Part shown: piece after piece, positions 25,175-38,026 of the stretch
How positions within the stretch are numbered: the stretch's first letter is position 1
Layout of the letters: each line of letters starts with the position of its first letter
DNA from: Monocercomonoides exilis PA203
Taxonomy: Eukaryota > Protista > Preaxostyla
Assembly: GCA_001643675.2 (NCBI GenBank)
Contig: LSRY02000007.1
Span: forward strand, 186,001 to 250,000
DNA: 64,000 bases
Direction: 5' to 3'
Translations under genes and position numbers: made by a program
Notes under the pieces: generated by a model
Told to the model about the DNA's origin: nothing
What the model saw: only the letters and a program-made list of their open reading frames with translations
Database searches by the model: none

Positions 25175-27965
25175 CTCTTCCTCTTCCTCTTCCTCTTTTT
25201 CATCTTCTTCCTCTTTATCCAAAAAGCAACAAAACATATCGAAAAATACGATAATTACTGGCAATTCTTCTTCATCCTATAGAAATGAAAATGTGAGGGT
25301 GAGCGAGCAATTTCTGGAATATGTTTCTTCTCCCACTCTAATACCTCCACATGCATTTCAAGATCTTCTGTCTTCATTTGTTAAAGACAGCATCACTTCT
25401 CCATCTCAACACAAAACCCGCGAAGACAATAGAATTTGTTCAAATCATGAAAATTCATCGCGTATCATGAACAACAGAAACACAATGGATATTTATTCTT
25501 CAACTTGTTCTCCTTCTCCATCAATTTCTTCAAGTGTCAAAACCGCTTCAATTGCTTCATCAAAAACAAAGAAAGGATTGGAAAATCTTGGAAACACTTG
25601 CTATCTTGCCTCTCTCCTTCAATGCTTCTCTTCAATAACTTCACAAAAACAATCAATTATAACAAACACAACATCAAAAAACAATTTATCTTCTCGTGTT
25701 TTGAGTGTTTGTCAACAACTTGCTAAAGATGGAACATTAGTGCGTTCGTGGGCCCCATCACTGATCAACAAATGGGAATCATTCTGCAGATACGGAAGTA
25801 GGCAACAACAGAATGTGATAGAGGCATTTGAAAATCTTCATCAACTTCTTCAAAATGATAAGATAATTGAAAAGGACACCTTCAATCCAGTGCTCATTAC
25901 ACATTTCAAATGTCAAAAATGTCAAAAAGTTTCAAATCATTTTAATGAATCTTGTTGCAATATTGTCATCAATGCATCATCACCTCACAAAGGTTTATCT
26001 TCACTTTTTGCAACAGAAATTTTGGATGGAAAGAACAATGTTTATTGCGATGAATGCAAAGAGAAATGCTGTGCTGCTCGATGGGAGGAAATGGCTGCAT
26101 TTCCAGAGGTTCTAGCCATCTGTCACGAATGCACTGAAACTTTTTGCTCTGCACCTTCAAAAACCTTCGTCATGGAAACCGATAGAGTGAATCAGCGTTC
26201 GTTTTGCAAAGGATTTTCAAATGATAATTTTCAACATCTCCTGGAGAACTATAAAGAAGTGTATTTTTATCATTTTGTTGGGCAAATTCTTCATAAACAG
26301 TTGGATCAAAGAAATGGCCATTATATCGCTGTCATCAAAAGAAATAGAGGAAATGATATCAAATGGAATATTTGCAACGATACTGATGTGACAGAACTGA
26401 ACATCGAAAATTGGACAAAGGCATGGAAGGATCTTTACGCACAAGGTTTCACTCCATCACTCTCATTCTATATCAAGGAAAAAACAAAACCAACACTGTC
26501 AACACTTCAATTTGGTGGTTCATCATCTTCTTCAGAAACATCAAATTTAAACACTTTAAATAACACATCAACAATAACATCATCATCATCATCGTCTCCA
26601 TTCATCACACTCCCTCCCCGAACAACTTCCATTTCACAACTTTCTTCATCAATCACATCTTCATATGGATTGGAAGCACTGAAAGAAAAACGAAAGAAAA
26701 CGGGCATCTTTTCTCCCAATGAAAAAAGATTAATCTTCAAGCCCAAGACAAAATTATGGAAAGAGTTTTCAGATGAAACAAACATCAAAGTTTCTCTTTC
26801 CCATTTCTACAAGCTAACAACAAACTTCTCTAAAGCGAAAAGACGAACTGACCTTTGTGGAATGTGTGAGAAGTTGGATTATTTGGAAAACAAATTAAAG
26901 TCATCTCCAAACAAAAATGGACTTTCTTCTGCTGAGCTTCATACACTCAAACTTCTTCGTCAACACCGACTTGTTGCTGAAATGCAACGAAAACACTATC
27001 AATCAACTGTCGACAATCTGAAAGAGGGAGAAGCAGTCTTCGTCTTCGACTTCAAAGAGAAATGGAAACTCCCCATCAGAAAAAATCAACTTCAACAAGA
27101 GTTCTTTAATTATCAACAAGTATCTCAGTTCACTGTCATCTCTCTTCAAAAAATTGATAATCAACAAATAAAACGAACTTTCAACTTCTTCTCCGACTGC
27201 CTCTCAAATGATCACAGATTTGTTATTGAGTGTCTGGAATCTGTGATCAAAAGGCACTTCTTCTCAGACACTCACACTTTTAAGTTCTTCTGCGATTCGG
27301 GTCCACACAACCGAAATCGCTTCCTTCTTCACTTCATCCTCTCTAAACAATCCAAACTTCTCAAAAAGAAAAATACTCAACTCAACTTCTTCGCTGAGCA
27401 TCATGGAAAAAATATCTGTGATAGTGAATTTGGTGCGTTAGTGAATGCAATCGACAACAATCTTTCGACTGAACACATCACCACACTTCATGACTTGATC
27501 AACTTCTTCGAAAACAATATGAACACTTCGACATCAGCTTCTTCAACTTTTCAATCAGACATTTTCTCAACATCATCATCAAACTCTTCACCATCTTCAA
27601 CATCTGTCAATTGCTTTGAGCATGAGAGATACTTTGAAGAATATGTACCATCTCAGCAAATTTCATGGCCTTCACTGTCAGTCCCTCACATGAAGGACTA
27701 CTTGTATTTTGAGCGCAAAGGCTCGTTTGTTTGTGCTTCAGCTGTTGGATATCTTCCTCAACGCTCTCTGGTTGCCCTCGAATCTTCAACAATGAAAGAA
27801 AAAGTGCAACGTTCAAGAAAGACCTTCAACTCTGGTAACACATCATCTGACTCTTCTCTTCTTTCTCAATCTTCTCAAGATCTTCTTTCAAGGAGATTTG
27901 AGCTTCTTCTTGACTCTTCTTCTTTTTATGAATCTCAAAATTGTATTAATGGTGTCCCTTATTAA
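24096..27965 (+). CDS. Transposase fused to a ubiquitin-specific protease (peptidase C19) domain; 3 exons, ~1240 aa
   Basis: Exons 24096-24261, 24361-24591 and 24640-27965 join in frame through GT-AG introns. USP motifs: Cys box GLENLGNTCYLASLLQCF (25575), QQQNVIEAF, Zn-finger CQKC/CDEC, His box GHYIAVIK..WNICND. Transposase motifs: TDLCGMC..H, FVFDFKEK (D 27048), FFCDSGPHNRN (D 27294), FFAEHHGKNICDSEFG (D 27420). Confidence 0.85.
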
Positions 27966-27969
27966 GAAA

Positions 27970-28115
27970 CTGGTTATTGTGCATGCTTAGCTGGCACTCT
28001 ATCGGAAGGGTGCTAGACATGACTGTTCGTATTAGATATTGCAACCTTCGGGCTGCTTTATCCGGACCTGGATACGACGAACAGCCTCCCAGGTGCACAA
28101 TAGTTAGAATCCGAT
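27970..28115 (+). ncRNA. Putative structured RNA element directly 3' of the transposase stop codon
   Basis: Five nested helices read directly from the sequence, with G-U pairs that work only on the + strand and a cUUCGg tetraloop. About 50% GC in a very AT-rich context. Confidence 0.55.
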
Positions 28116-28886
28116 TGTTTTCTTTTGGTTATTGTCCCTGATATGTCCCTATTTATTTCTTTGTTATTGTCCCGCTTATATATGTATATATCGAGATTCA
28201 TTAATAGATAGAGTTGTGAAGGAATTCATTGATCTTTGAGTGAGGTTTTTGGAAGGGAGAGTTATTGAGAGTGTGTAATGTTGTTTAATCATTGTGTCTG
28301 TCTTTTTTCTTTGTTGGATTTGATCTTTTTGAGTCAAAGAAAGAGAAATATCAGAAAGGGGTGAGTGGATAAAAAACAGGTGGAAAATAGACAAGTTAGT
28401 TTTTGAACTTTTTATATAAGTATTCTTTTTTGTTTGGAATTGTCGTTGATACCACGAATTTGTTGAAATTGTACTATTTCTTCTAATATTTTTTATTGTT
28501 CAAAATTGTTGATATTTAGTTGATATTTGGTGATTGTTTAATGATTATGTGATTGAATTATGTTTTATTGAAAGTTGATGAATCTGATTCGAAATTTTCT
28601 GAAAGTTTTCAATTTTATTTATGATCTAAATCATGAAGAACTTTTTGTTTTTTTATGTCATTTTGATTGGTGAACGATTGATAAATTTTAACGTTTTTCT
28701 CTCACTTCACATTGTTAGTTTTTCCATATGTTCACGAAAAAGTGTATTTAGGCATATGACAAATAATAATAAAGATATCAACAATAAATAATTTCCTTTT
28801 AATATACGAAAGCATAACAAAGCAATCAAAATCATCATGTAAGACAACAAAAAGCTAATATTTTCTGAAAAAATGTGAAATTAAAA

Positions 28887-29497
28887 ATCTCGATCACAAA
28901 AGTGGTCACTAATTTTTCTTCAGATTTTGCAACAAACAGACATTAAAAGATGTGGGGAAGCTGTCTGCGTGGAAATCTGAGAAAAAATTAGTGACCACTT
29001 TTGTGATCGCCAGTCATTTAGAAAAACACTTTTATTAAGGTTCTCATCAGATTTGATCCGTTGAACGATCGGAACTATTATAAAACTGAAAAATGAAATG
29101 ACTGGCGATCACAAAAGTGGTCACTAATTTTTTCTCAGATTTCCACGCAGACAGCTTCCCCACATCTTTTAATGTCTGTTTGTTGCAAAATCTGAAGAAA
29201 AATTAGTGACCACTTTTGTGATCGAGATTTTTAATTTCACATATTTTCAGGAAAATGGAACGTATTTATAATTTTTTGTATTTTATTGTGTCAAAAATAA
29301 ATATGCATTAATTTTCATGTGGATATTTTTGTGAGCAAAGCGCAAAGCAATTAATGTATTTGAACCATATTCTCATTTTATTTCTATTAAAAAAGCTGCA
29401 ATAATAGCAACCAATACGATTTTTTTCATAAATAATTTGTCAGCCCGAGATGGAATATCAGTGAAAATAAAAGAATAATAATTCATCTTTCAGAAAT
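28887..29497 (-). repeat. Right terminal inverted repeat (611 bp) containing a nested palindrome
   Basis: Arms at 28887-29019 and 29096-29228 around spacer 29020-29095. Ends ...ATTCATCTTTCAGAAAT at 29497. Confidence 0.9.
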
Positions 29498-29939
29498 ATG
29501 TCTGTAAGTGATTCTATTTTAATGTGTATTTCTTTGACTTTATTTTTTATTTCATCATGGTTAATTGGTTTTTTCTCCATTATTATTAATTTGATCTATC
29601 TTTTTTTTGATTCTCTATTTTGACTTATTATTTCTCTGAATATACTCAGAACTTATCTTCATTGATTTTTAAAATTTATTTATAAATTTATTCATCTGAC
29701 TTTTGGATTTTATTTTTCATGTTTATCGTATATTGATAGCTATTTATCGTGACACAACGTGCGTTGAAGATGGAGAAAAAAAGATGAAAGCAAATTAACT
29801 AAATAATGAAGAAATGAATTTCTTTTTTAATTAAAAAAGATTTTTGGAGAATTAACAGTTCACTTGAAATGAAGTTTAATTTTTGTTGGATGAAGATGAA
29901 GAAAGAGAACATGACGATAGAGTTCAGAAGAATCAGAAG

Positions 29940-30389
29940 GAAATATATTTTCTGAATGAAATCATAGCAAAGAGAAAAGAAACAGGAGCAAAACCATTTG
30001 AAAATTGATTCGCACCAGCTAATTAGCATATTCAAAAGGTGAATGAATAAAAAATCAACTTCTTCGTTGGAAGCACTTCTGTAAATGGCAGAGGAAATGA
30101 TGTGTTCTTCAGTGGAAGCAGCATAACCCAATCCCCATTTGAGAATTGTGGTTCAACAACTCAAACTAAAAGAGTGTGGAATCAAGGAACAGCAGACAAT
30201 GAAACTTTCAATGGCTGGCTCCCCCTATTGCCCAGAACAAAATCGTTTCCAATAGCCGAACTGATGTCAATGCCTGTGACTGACCCCAACAGACTCCATG
30301 AACCACCATCGAGTATGCCCTCACTGGCTTCATCTCCCTCCTCCAAGATGCCTCCCTCCCCCTTCTCTCCTCAACATTATTCCCATTAA
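29940..30389 (+). pseudogene. Fragment of a multicopy surface-protein-like family
   Basis: Short coding-like remnant SPFENCGSTTQTKRVWNQGTADNETFNGWLPL with frameshifts and stops around it. Confidence 0.3.
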
Positions 30390-30994
30390 AACACTCACTT
30401 TCGCGCAGTTGACACCAAAATAACAGGAAATGACACAGATTCCACCAACATCGCCTCCAGTAGTATTCCTCAACCATCTTCTTCTTTTTCTTTTTCTTTT
30501 TCATCATCATCTTCTTCTTTTGCTGCTGCTAATGCTTTTTCTCAAAAATCTCTTTCCTTTCCCCTCTCGTCCGTCCATTCATCTCATTCGTCTTCCCATT
30601 CTCGCCTATTCCCTTTTCGGTGGTATGTTTTCAACATCAGAGGAATGTGCGAACATTGCTTCATTTTTTTGCTTGAATGAAGTTCAGTCGCACGACTTCA
30701 ATGCTTTCATCATCATCTCAAACTTCTCCCCGTTTATCGAAAGATTGTTCCATTTCACATTCCTCCTCTTCATCGTTTTCTTCCTCATATTAATCATAAG
30801 CCGCTTTTCCAAATAACACATCCACTAAATTATCTTCCTTATCTCCCTCTTCGTTATCATAATTTTCGTCTTTATTTTCCTCCTCTTTTTCTGCTTCTTC
30901 TGCTTCTTCTGCTTCTTCTGCTTCTTCTGCTTCTTCTGCTTCTGCTGCTTCTCCTTCTTCCTCAGTTTCAGCTTCTCCTCCTTCTCCTCCTCCT

Positions 30995-33900
30995 TTGCTG
31001 TCTCCAACACTCAGACCAGACTCATTTCAGCTCTCAAAGAACAAAACAGCAGACTCTCGTATTCATCCTCGTCTGCGCACAGCCAATCTTCCTCGCTCGC
31101 CTCTTTCAACACACACTTCATCTGCTCCATCACCATCCATTTCACCTTCTCCTTTCTCTTCTTTATCATCATCTTCCTCCTCCTCTTCTTCTTCTTCGTT
31201 GTCGTCATCTTCATCATCATCTTCTTCTTCTCTTCCACCTTCTTCTCTTTCTCCCTTGTCCAACTCCACCTCCTTCCAGAAGTTAAGTTCTGCCAAGAAG
31301 ATCAAGCGCCTCAAGAAGGATTCGCACCTTCGCCTGCTGTCGATCCGTGTGTTGCGCCATCTTCGCACTCTTCAGAATGAGCAACTGGAGAAAGAGCTGC
31401 TTCAACAACAGCAGCAGCAGATGAGCAGTTTAACTCCAACTGTCAGATTTGAGCTTCCACCTTCTGATGAGTCTGCTTCCAATGAGACGTCAAATGAGGG
31501 TAATGGGCAGATGGAGGTGGAAGAGGAAAGACAATCTTCTGTTGGGAATGCAACAGCAGATACAATTGACACAGCAAGTGTGAATGAAAGTGGAAGTGTC
31601 AATGACAATGGCAATGGAAGTTTCAATGTGAATGAGAATATGAGTGAGAATGGCAGTTATGCTGCTTCTTTATCTCCTTCTCTGTCTCCCTCTGTTTCTC
31701 TTCCTCTTTCCTCTTCCCATTCAACATATCTTCCTCATCTTCCCCACTCATCTCATCCATCTCAACTAACACTGTCTGCTCAAGTTCCTCTTTTATCTCT
31801 AAATTCTTCTTCTCCTTCTCTTTCATCCCTTTCCTCCTTTTCTTCTCTCTCTCCTCTCTCTTCTCTCTCCTCTCCTTCTTCAAGCAGCATCCGAACAAGA
31901 TCTCTTGCTGCCTCTGACAGACGAGCCGGCTTCTGCAAAGAGCACATCCCAGCGCCGTTGGAATACGAAGAGCAGCTGTACTCAATCTTCACTCCGCCTT
32001 CGTCGCCTGTGAAGAAAGAAGGAAGCATGCTTCTCTCTGGGCATTCAGCTGTTTATTCTGCTTCTGCTTCTATTTCTTCTTCTCGCCCAATGCTCTCATC
32101 TTCATATTCTGTCTCTTTCACTCCTTCCTTCACTCCTTCTGTACCTTCTACCATTTCTCCCTCAACTTCCTCTTTTCCTTCCTCTCCTTCTTCCTCTTCC
32201 TCTTCTTCCTCTTCTTTTGGAATTCCAATAGCATCGCTTGCTTCTTCTCCTCTTCTTCCGTCTGTCACATCATCTTCCACTTCATCTGAACATTCCAATC
32301 AAATAAATCACCAACATCATTCATCATCATCATCTTCTTCTTCCTCCTCCTCTTCCTCCTCCTCCTCCTTTTTCCATTTCTCTTCCCTCCCTCTTTTCCT
32401 CCAGCCCCGTTTCGTTGCCCATTACATCAACGCTCTCTTCATTCCTGAGCTCCATCGTGAATTGGACGGCATCTCAGCTGCGTTTGAGGCAGAGCTGAGA
32501 GATTTCGAAAAGCAGAGAGCGAATTACGTGGCTGAACAGCAGCGAGTGAAGGACAAAGAGAAGTCAGCTCCAAAAGGCGCACTCAGAAATATGCAGGTCA
32601 TTCCGAAATCTTTGCGTTCTTCTTCTTCTTCCTCCTCCTCCTCTTCTTCTGCTTCCTCTTCTTCCTCTTCATCATCATCTTCTTCTTCTCATGAGAATTC
32701 AACAGCACTTGTGCCTCTTTCACATCCATCGACCAATTATTACTACGGAATGAAGTAGAGGAACATTCCTCACCCTCAGTTGATGCCTTCTCCTGGTTCA
32801 TCATCTTCTTCTGCTTCTTCTTCAACTTCTTCTGTTTCTTTTCGTTCTCGTTTATCTTCCTCTTCTTTAACTTCTTCTTCTTCTCATTTCTCCTCTCTTT
32901 CTTCCACCGCCTCTCGTCTTTTGGGCAAGTCTTCTTTGAATTCTCGTCTTTCCATTGTTCCCTCACACTCCAGGCGCTCCAGCAAGCATCAAGCACATCC
33001 TCCACTTAGCCCTCTCACTCACACACAGACACAGCCACAGACACAGACACAAAAGATGAACATCAACAACTTGCTGAGAAGTGCTAATGATGAGGTGAAA
33101 ATGGAGAAAGAGAGAGAGAGAGAAAGAGAAAGAGAGAAAGAGAGAGAGAGAGAGAGAGAAGTGGTGGTGGAAGTGGAAGTGGAAGTGGAATGGGAATGGC
33201 TCAGTTGAATGAAGCGCCGAGTGTTCTGTCTCAAACAGTGAAGCAGATGAAGAAAGAGATGATTGAGATAAGCAAAGGAGATGTTGTGAAAAGAGAAGAA
33301 GACATGATCGGTGAGGACGGAGACAAGGGAAAAATAACACCAACAAATTCAACAGAAATGACATCAGATGCTTCTGCTCCTTCATCAGAAGCATCAACTG
33401 TGATGTCATCTTCAATAACTTCTTCTTCTGCTGCTTCTGCTGCTTCAAATACTTCTTTTCCTCCTGCAACTTCATCATCCATTCCATCAAAGCAATTGCC
33501 TTCTCCCCGTTCTCCTTCAAAGAGAAGAAAGGGCATTCCATCTTCTTCCTCTTCCTCTTCCTCCTCCTCTCCTTCTCCTTTTCCTTCTCCTTCTCCTTCC
33601 TCTTCTCCCTCATCTTCACCCTATCCTTCCTCCACCCCCAGTTCCCCTCTGCCCCCTCATCCCTCATCTCCCCTTCGCCATCAGCTGTCTGCCTCAGACA
33701 TCGTCGAAGGAAAAAGGCAAGTGCATGCACCGAAGATGTTAGACCTCGACTTCCGAAAGCCACACAGGGGAAAGCCAAAAAGAGGGAAGAAGACGATTGG
33801 GAAAGAGAATTCATTGTTTGCAGCGAGAGAGGGGAGGGAAGAAGGAGAAGAGAGAGAGGAGAGAGAAGAAAGAGGAGGAAATGGAATGGATAGCAATGGT

Positions 33901-36900
33901 GAAGGTGTAAGTGAAGGTGTGTCATCAGATAGAGACAAGATGGATGAAAGTGACTCACTTGGATTTCTGAGTGAAGACGGAGAGTCTGCAAAGGAAGGGA
34001 AGAAAGAGGAAGAAGAAGAGGAAGAAGAGAATGAGAAGAAGAAAGAAGGAAATGAAAATGTAAATGACAATGAAGATGTTAACAACACAGTGAGTGATTC
34101 AAACAAAGTCAGTGAAGAACAACAAACTTACACAAAAGAGGAAGAAGGAAGCTCAAATTCACTCAATCTTCAGTCTTCTTCTTCTTCTTCCACTTCTTCC
34201 ACTTCTTCTGTGGCAAACAAAACAGAATCGCCTGGAAAATCAGTCAGAACAGCTGCCTCAACACACGCCCCGAATAAATTCTCGCCTCAAATCAAACTTT
34301 CGCACAGGGCGAGAACAACAACACGCACATCGAAGTTGCTCAAAGCTGCAAATTTGCTACAGAACAATACAACATCTGCTTCTTCTTCTGCTTCTTCTGC
34401 TTCTTCTTCCACCTCTGCATCGTCAAGTGCTGGCTTTCCAACTGCCTCTTTCCCTATATCAAATGCTCAAGCCAAGAATCCCTCTTCATCATCATCTTCT
34501 TCTTCTTCTGTTTCACTGCTGAGCATTCCATCAACTGCATTTGGAAGAGCACTCAAAAGAAGCGGCGGGAGAAAAGCGCTTGCTGCCTTCAAGCGAACAG
34601 TTCGTATGAAGACGCACACAGGCTCAAGAATTGCTCCACCCGAGTTCAAATCAGAAGTGCTAGGACTGACAAACAAGATGGGTGGAAGCAGCAATAACAA
34701 CAGCAATAACAATAATAACAGCAAGAAGAAGAAGCTATTACGTGTGGGGATGTAGCAAGTGCCGCTGAATATTCCACACGGAAGGCCGCCGAAGATGAAG
34801 AGGAAGCGGATGATTACTGCGATGGGGTTGAATCAGCAGGGGAAGAAGAGTGAAGGATGTGCAAATGCAAATGCAAATGCAACAGCGCAGAATACGAGGC
34901 GTTTGGAATCAACTGTTGTAACATTGGCGAGTAAGAGGATAGTTTTGAAACAAAGAGAAGGAGAAGGAAAAGGAAAAGGAGAGAGAAAAGGAAAAGGAGA
35001 AAGAGAAAGAGAAGGGAAGAATAATTTATGCGTTTAAAGAGCTTCTTCCAGATGAATAGGAGTTTGGAAGACAAAGAGGAGCAAAGCGGAGATAGAAAGC
35101 GAGCGTGAAAGGGAAAGGAAAAGCGAAAGGAAAAGCATTCCTATCAAAGACAAGTCCGACGATGAGTTCGTATGATGTACTGAGTGAGCTGCTTTCGAGA
35201 GAGCTGGAGCTGCTACATGTGGTAGATGGCAGCATCACATTTGACTCTTCTGTGTCTGACACGAGTGAGACAAATGGAAGAAGTGACAGAAACATTGATG
35301 GAAATGAATATGACGAGGAAGTTTTTGATGAGGATGAGGAGGAGGAAGAAGATGAAGACATGGAGTAAGACAGGATTCTCAGTGCAAAGATATTTTTGAC
35401 AAGTACACGGTCCATTCGGCAGACACTGGAAAAGAACAGATCTGTATTTGAATATGGAACCTCTGCCACATTCAACTCAGCAAAAATAAGAGAAAACTGT
35501 TCAATCGAAGCAACATTCATAACAGCTGAGATGAAAGAGAGACAGAAGAAGGAGGCAGTTTCGAAGTTGAAGGAGAACACACTGAAACTGACACTTGGAA
35601 GGATCATTCCGACAATCAAGCCAGCTGACCTTCTGCTACCGACTAATCTTGTTCAGGAAGAGGAAATCAAGGCAAAGACGCTCAAAAGAAAGATCTGGTA
35701 GAGAGGGAAAGGGAAGAACATGTTCTATTTGTTCGAGATGAAGAGATGAAAGAGTGAGTGAACGGAGCAGGTGCAGCAGACACTGAAGAAGCAGAAGAAG
35801 ACAGTGAAGATGATGACAATGACGATAGCGATGATAGTTACGTTAGCGGTGATGAAGACAGTTTGGATATAACACGATCTGCTGAAACATCAAATGCCGA
35901 TGAAACATAAAAGACAACAGAAAGAAAAGAAGACTTAACTTCACGCCCTGCCCTGCGCTTCACTCCCAAGCAGCGAAAGATGCTTTCATCAGCATCCCAA
36001 AAGAGCAATCAGAAGAAGTCGCATGTCACTTTCTCACACACCTTAACCATCGTCTGCGGAGAGCTCAGTCCAACCCATCTGCAGTTCACCTTTCCTTCAG
36101 CCAAGTCCACAAAGGAAAATGGAGAGAAAGAAGAAGACGAGAACTCAATTGGCTCAGAAGGCAGCAGAGAAGCCAGACAGCACCCGCCAGAAGACACAGC
36201 AATCACAGCTTGGCGGCTGTTTCTGTGTAACGAAGGCATCTTGCCTTGTCTGCCATCAGAGCAGCACTCGGGAGAGAATTGCAGGCACATCTCAGAGCAG
36301 CTGCGGGAAACAGGTTTGCGACGGCTTCTTCATGAGAGAGTTTGTCTAGCTAGACAGGTATGCCAATGCAAATGGAGAAGACGGAGGAGGAGAAGGAGGA
36401 GTGGATGACTTTGGGATTATCATTCTGTTTGGGAGGAAAGGCAGACTGAAGACAGGGCTGGAGACACTGTTTTGTGGTCGATGCAGCAGGTTGGGAAGAA
36501 TGAAGGCGCTGCTTTGCTCCACTCACTCGGAAACGCGCTGTCTCATCTTTTCAACCAGCTTTGACCACCTCAGCTCCAAAGTCCACAACCATTCCTTCTT
36601 CGCATGCTGGTGAAACAGGGAAAGTATTGGCAAATGATGCGAACTCGTTTCTGAGCCTGTTGTGTGGAACGAGGCTGTTCAGCTTGGGAGGAGAAGATAC
36701 TGTGAGAGATGCACAACTGGTGGAGAACATGAGAAAGGAGATGAATGTGTGGAGAGGAGAAGGAAGGACAGCTGTTGAAGGAGGGGACGAGGAAAGAGGC
36801 ACAGTTGAGCTGTTCTGAGAAGAGAGGGGAATCTTCAGCACTATTCCTGATGTGCAGAACAAGATCAATAGAAAGAATGATGAACATAATTTCTCTTTGA

Positions 36901-38026
36901 ATGCAGTGGAAAGAGAATTATATGCAATCAATGCGAATATTCTGCTTGACCCGCTTTTGTTTGCTTCGTCTGTCTTTTTCGAAGACCAACAACTTCTGCT
37001 GTCTGCCTCAGAAAATACAATTTTAGTTCCTCCTCAAAGAACTACATATGTCCCATCCATCGGAGAAACTCTGCTCGAACTGACAAATCCATCTTTTCAG
37101 GTTGTTCCGCTGTGCATTGAGTATCCACAGAAAGGGGAGCAGCATTCGATTCTGCCTTCTTCTCTCGAGTTTTCTTGGGTACATCTTGTCGACATGTGTC
37201 CTCTCCATCTTTCTCATCCACTCACTTCTATCGTCCGCACTCTGCTTTCAAAGATGCTTTCAGTGTCTTTCACTTCATCTTCCGTGTTCTCCATCCCTTC
37301 TTTATTCACCTCCTTCGTCACTTCTTTGAAAATTCTCAGTCCACATCATCCTCCATCACAACACCTGCCATCATCTCATTCTCCACGCAGCCCCTCGGAC
37401 CTTCTGCCGCGTTGTCCAATCGCCTGCTGCTTTGTCTGCTGGCCACGCGCACTGCACTCACTGCTGTTGCAACCGCTGCTCACAGGCTGATGGTGAAGAA
37501 GGACTTACTCCACAAAATATCAGCCATATTCGAGACACACCATGTCCAGAAACCTTCATCTTCTCCTTCGATGTTCATTTCTGCCTCTCTCATCCAGCGA
37601 TTGGAGGTTGTTGGCGCTGCATTCGCACAAGCCACACCTTCCGCTTTTGCTTCTGACCAGCAAACATCTGAGTCTCAGTCAACTTCATTGGCATCGAATA
37701 TAACAACAGATGCACTGGACCTGAGTGGATCTTCAAATTCTGCTGCTGATGAAGCTAATACAACTTCTGTTGGCATGCGTAAATGCATAAGGAACAGCAA
37801 GTGGAAGAAGAGGAGAACTTCCCTATCAGATAAAGAAAGACTAATTCTCAGCAATTCTTCCACATCAGCTTCAGACAAGCGTCACCTCCTCTCAGTTACC
37901 TCTCTCTTCTCTTTCGCAATCTCCCTCTCCTTTTCCCTCTTCTCCGTCATTCACATCAAAAAATTCTCCATCCTTAGTTTTCCTCCCTTTTCCTTCGACT
38001 CATTCTCTCCCACTTCAGAGTCGTGA
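30995..38026 (+). pseudogene. Large decayed Ser-rich protein gene (chain of ORFs broken by stops and frameshifts)
   Basis: ORFs 30995-32758/32780-33208 share a frame across a TAG, as do 33190-34755/34759-35037; 35105-35368/35396-35701 share a frame across a TAA. Frame shifts occur at GA-rich microsatellites. No introns apparent. Confidence 0.55.

Larger units (their letters stand above)
23178..29497 (+). mobile_element. ~6.3-kb DNA transposon with long TIRs encoding a USP-transposase fusion (Sola-like DDD transposase)
   Basis: 23178-23788 is the reverse complement of 28887-29497 with no mismatch seen by eye. The single internal gene carries a transposase-like DDD core. TSD is not clearly resolved (possibly AT). 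Confidence 0.85.

Noticed and set aside
24678-27965. Fanzor/TnpB or IscB-type RNA-guided nuclease, suggested by the 3' structured RNA
   Set aside because: No RuvC-I/II/III plus C-terminal zinc-ribbon or HNH motifs are visible. The acidic triad context fits a DDD transposase.
27970-28115. Hammerhead ribozyme, tRNA or SECIS identity for the structured RNA
   Set aside because: No CUGANGA/GAAA core and no T-loop/D-loop cloverleaf. The ORF has no in-frame TGA requiring a SECIS.
30995-36820. Possible TAA/TAG-to-Gln reassignment (known in some oxymonads), since frames continue across TAG/TAA
   Set aside because: Intact genes here end in TAA/TAG (e.g. 549, 27965, 53996) and multi-kb ORFs have no internal TAR codons. 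The region also has TGA stops and frameshifts, so pseudogene decay explains it better.
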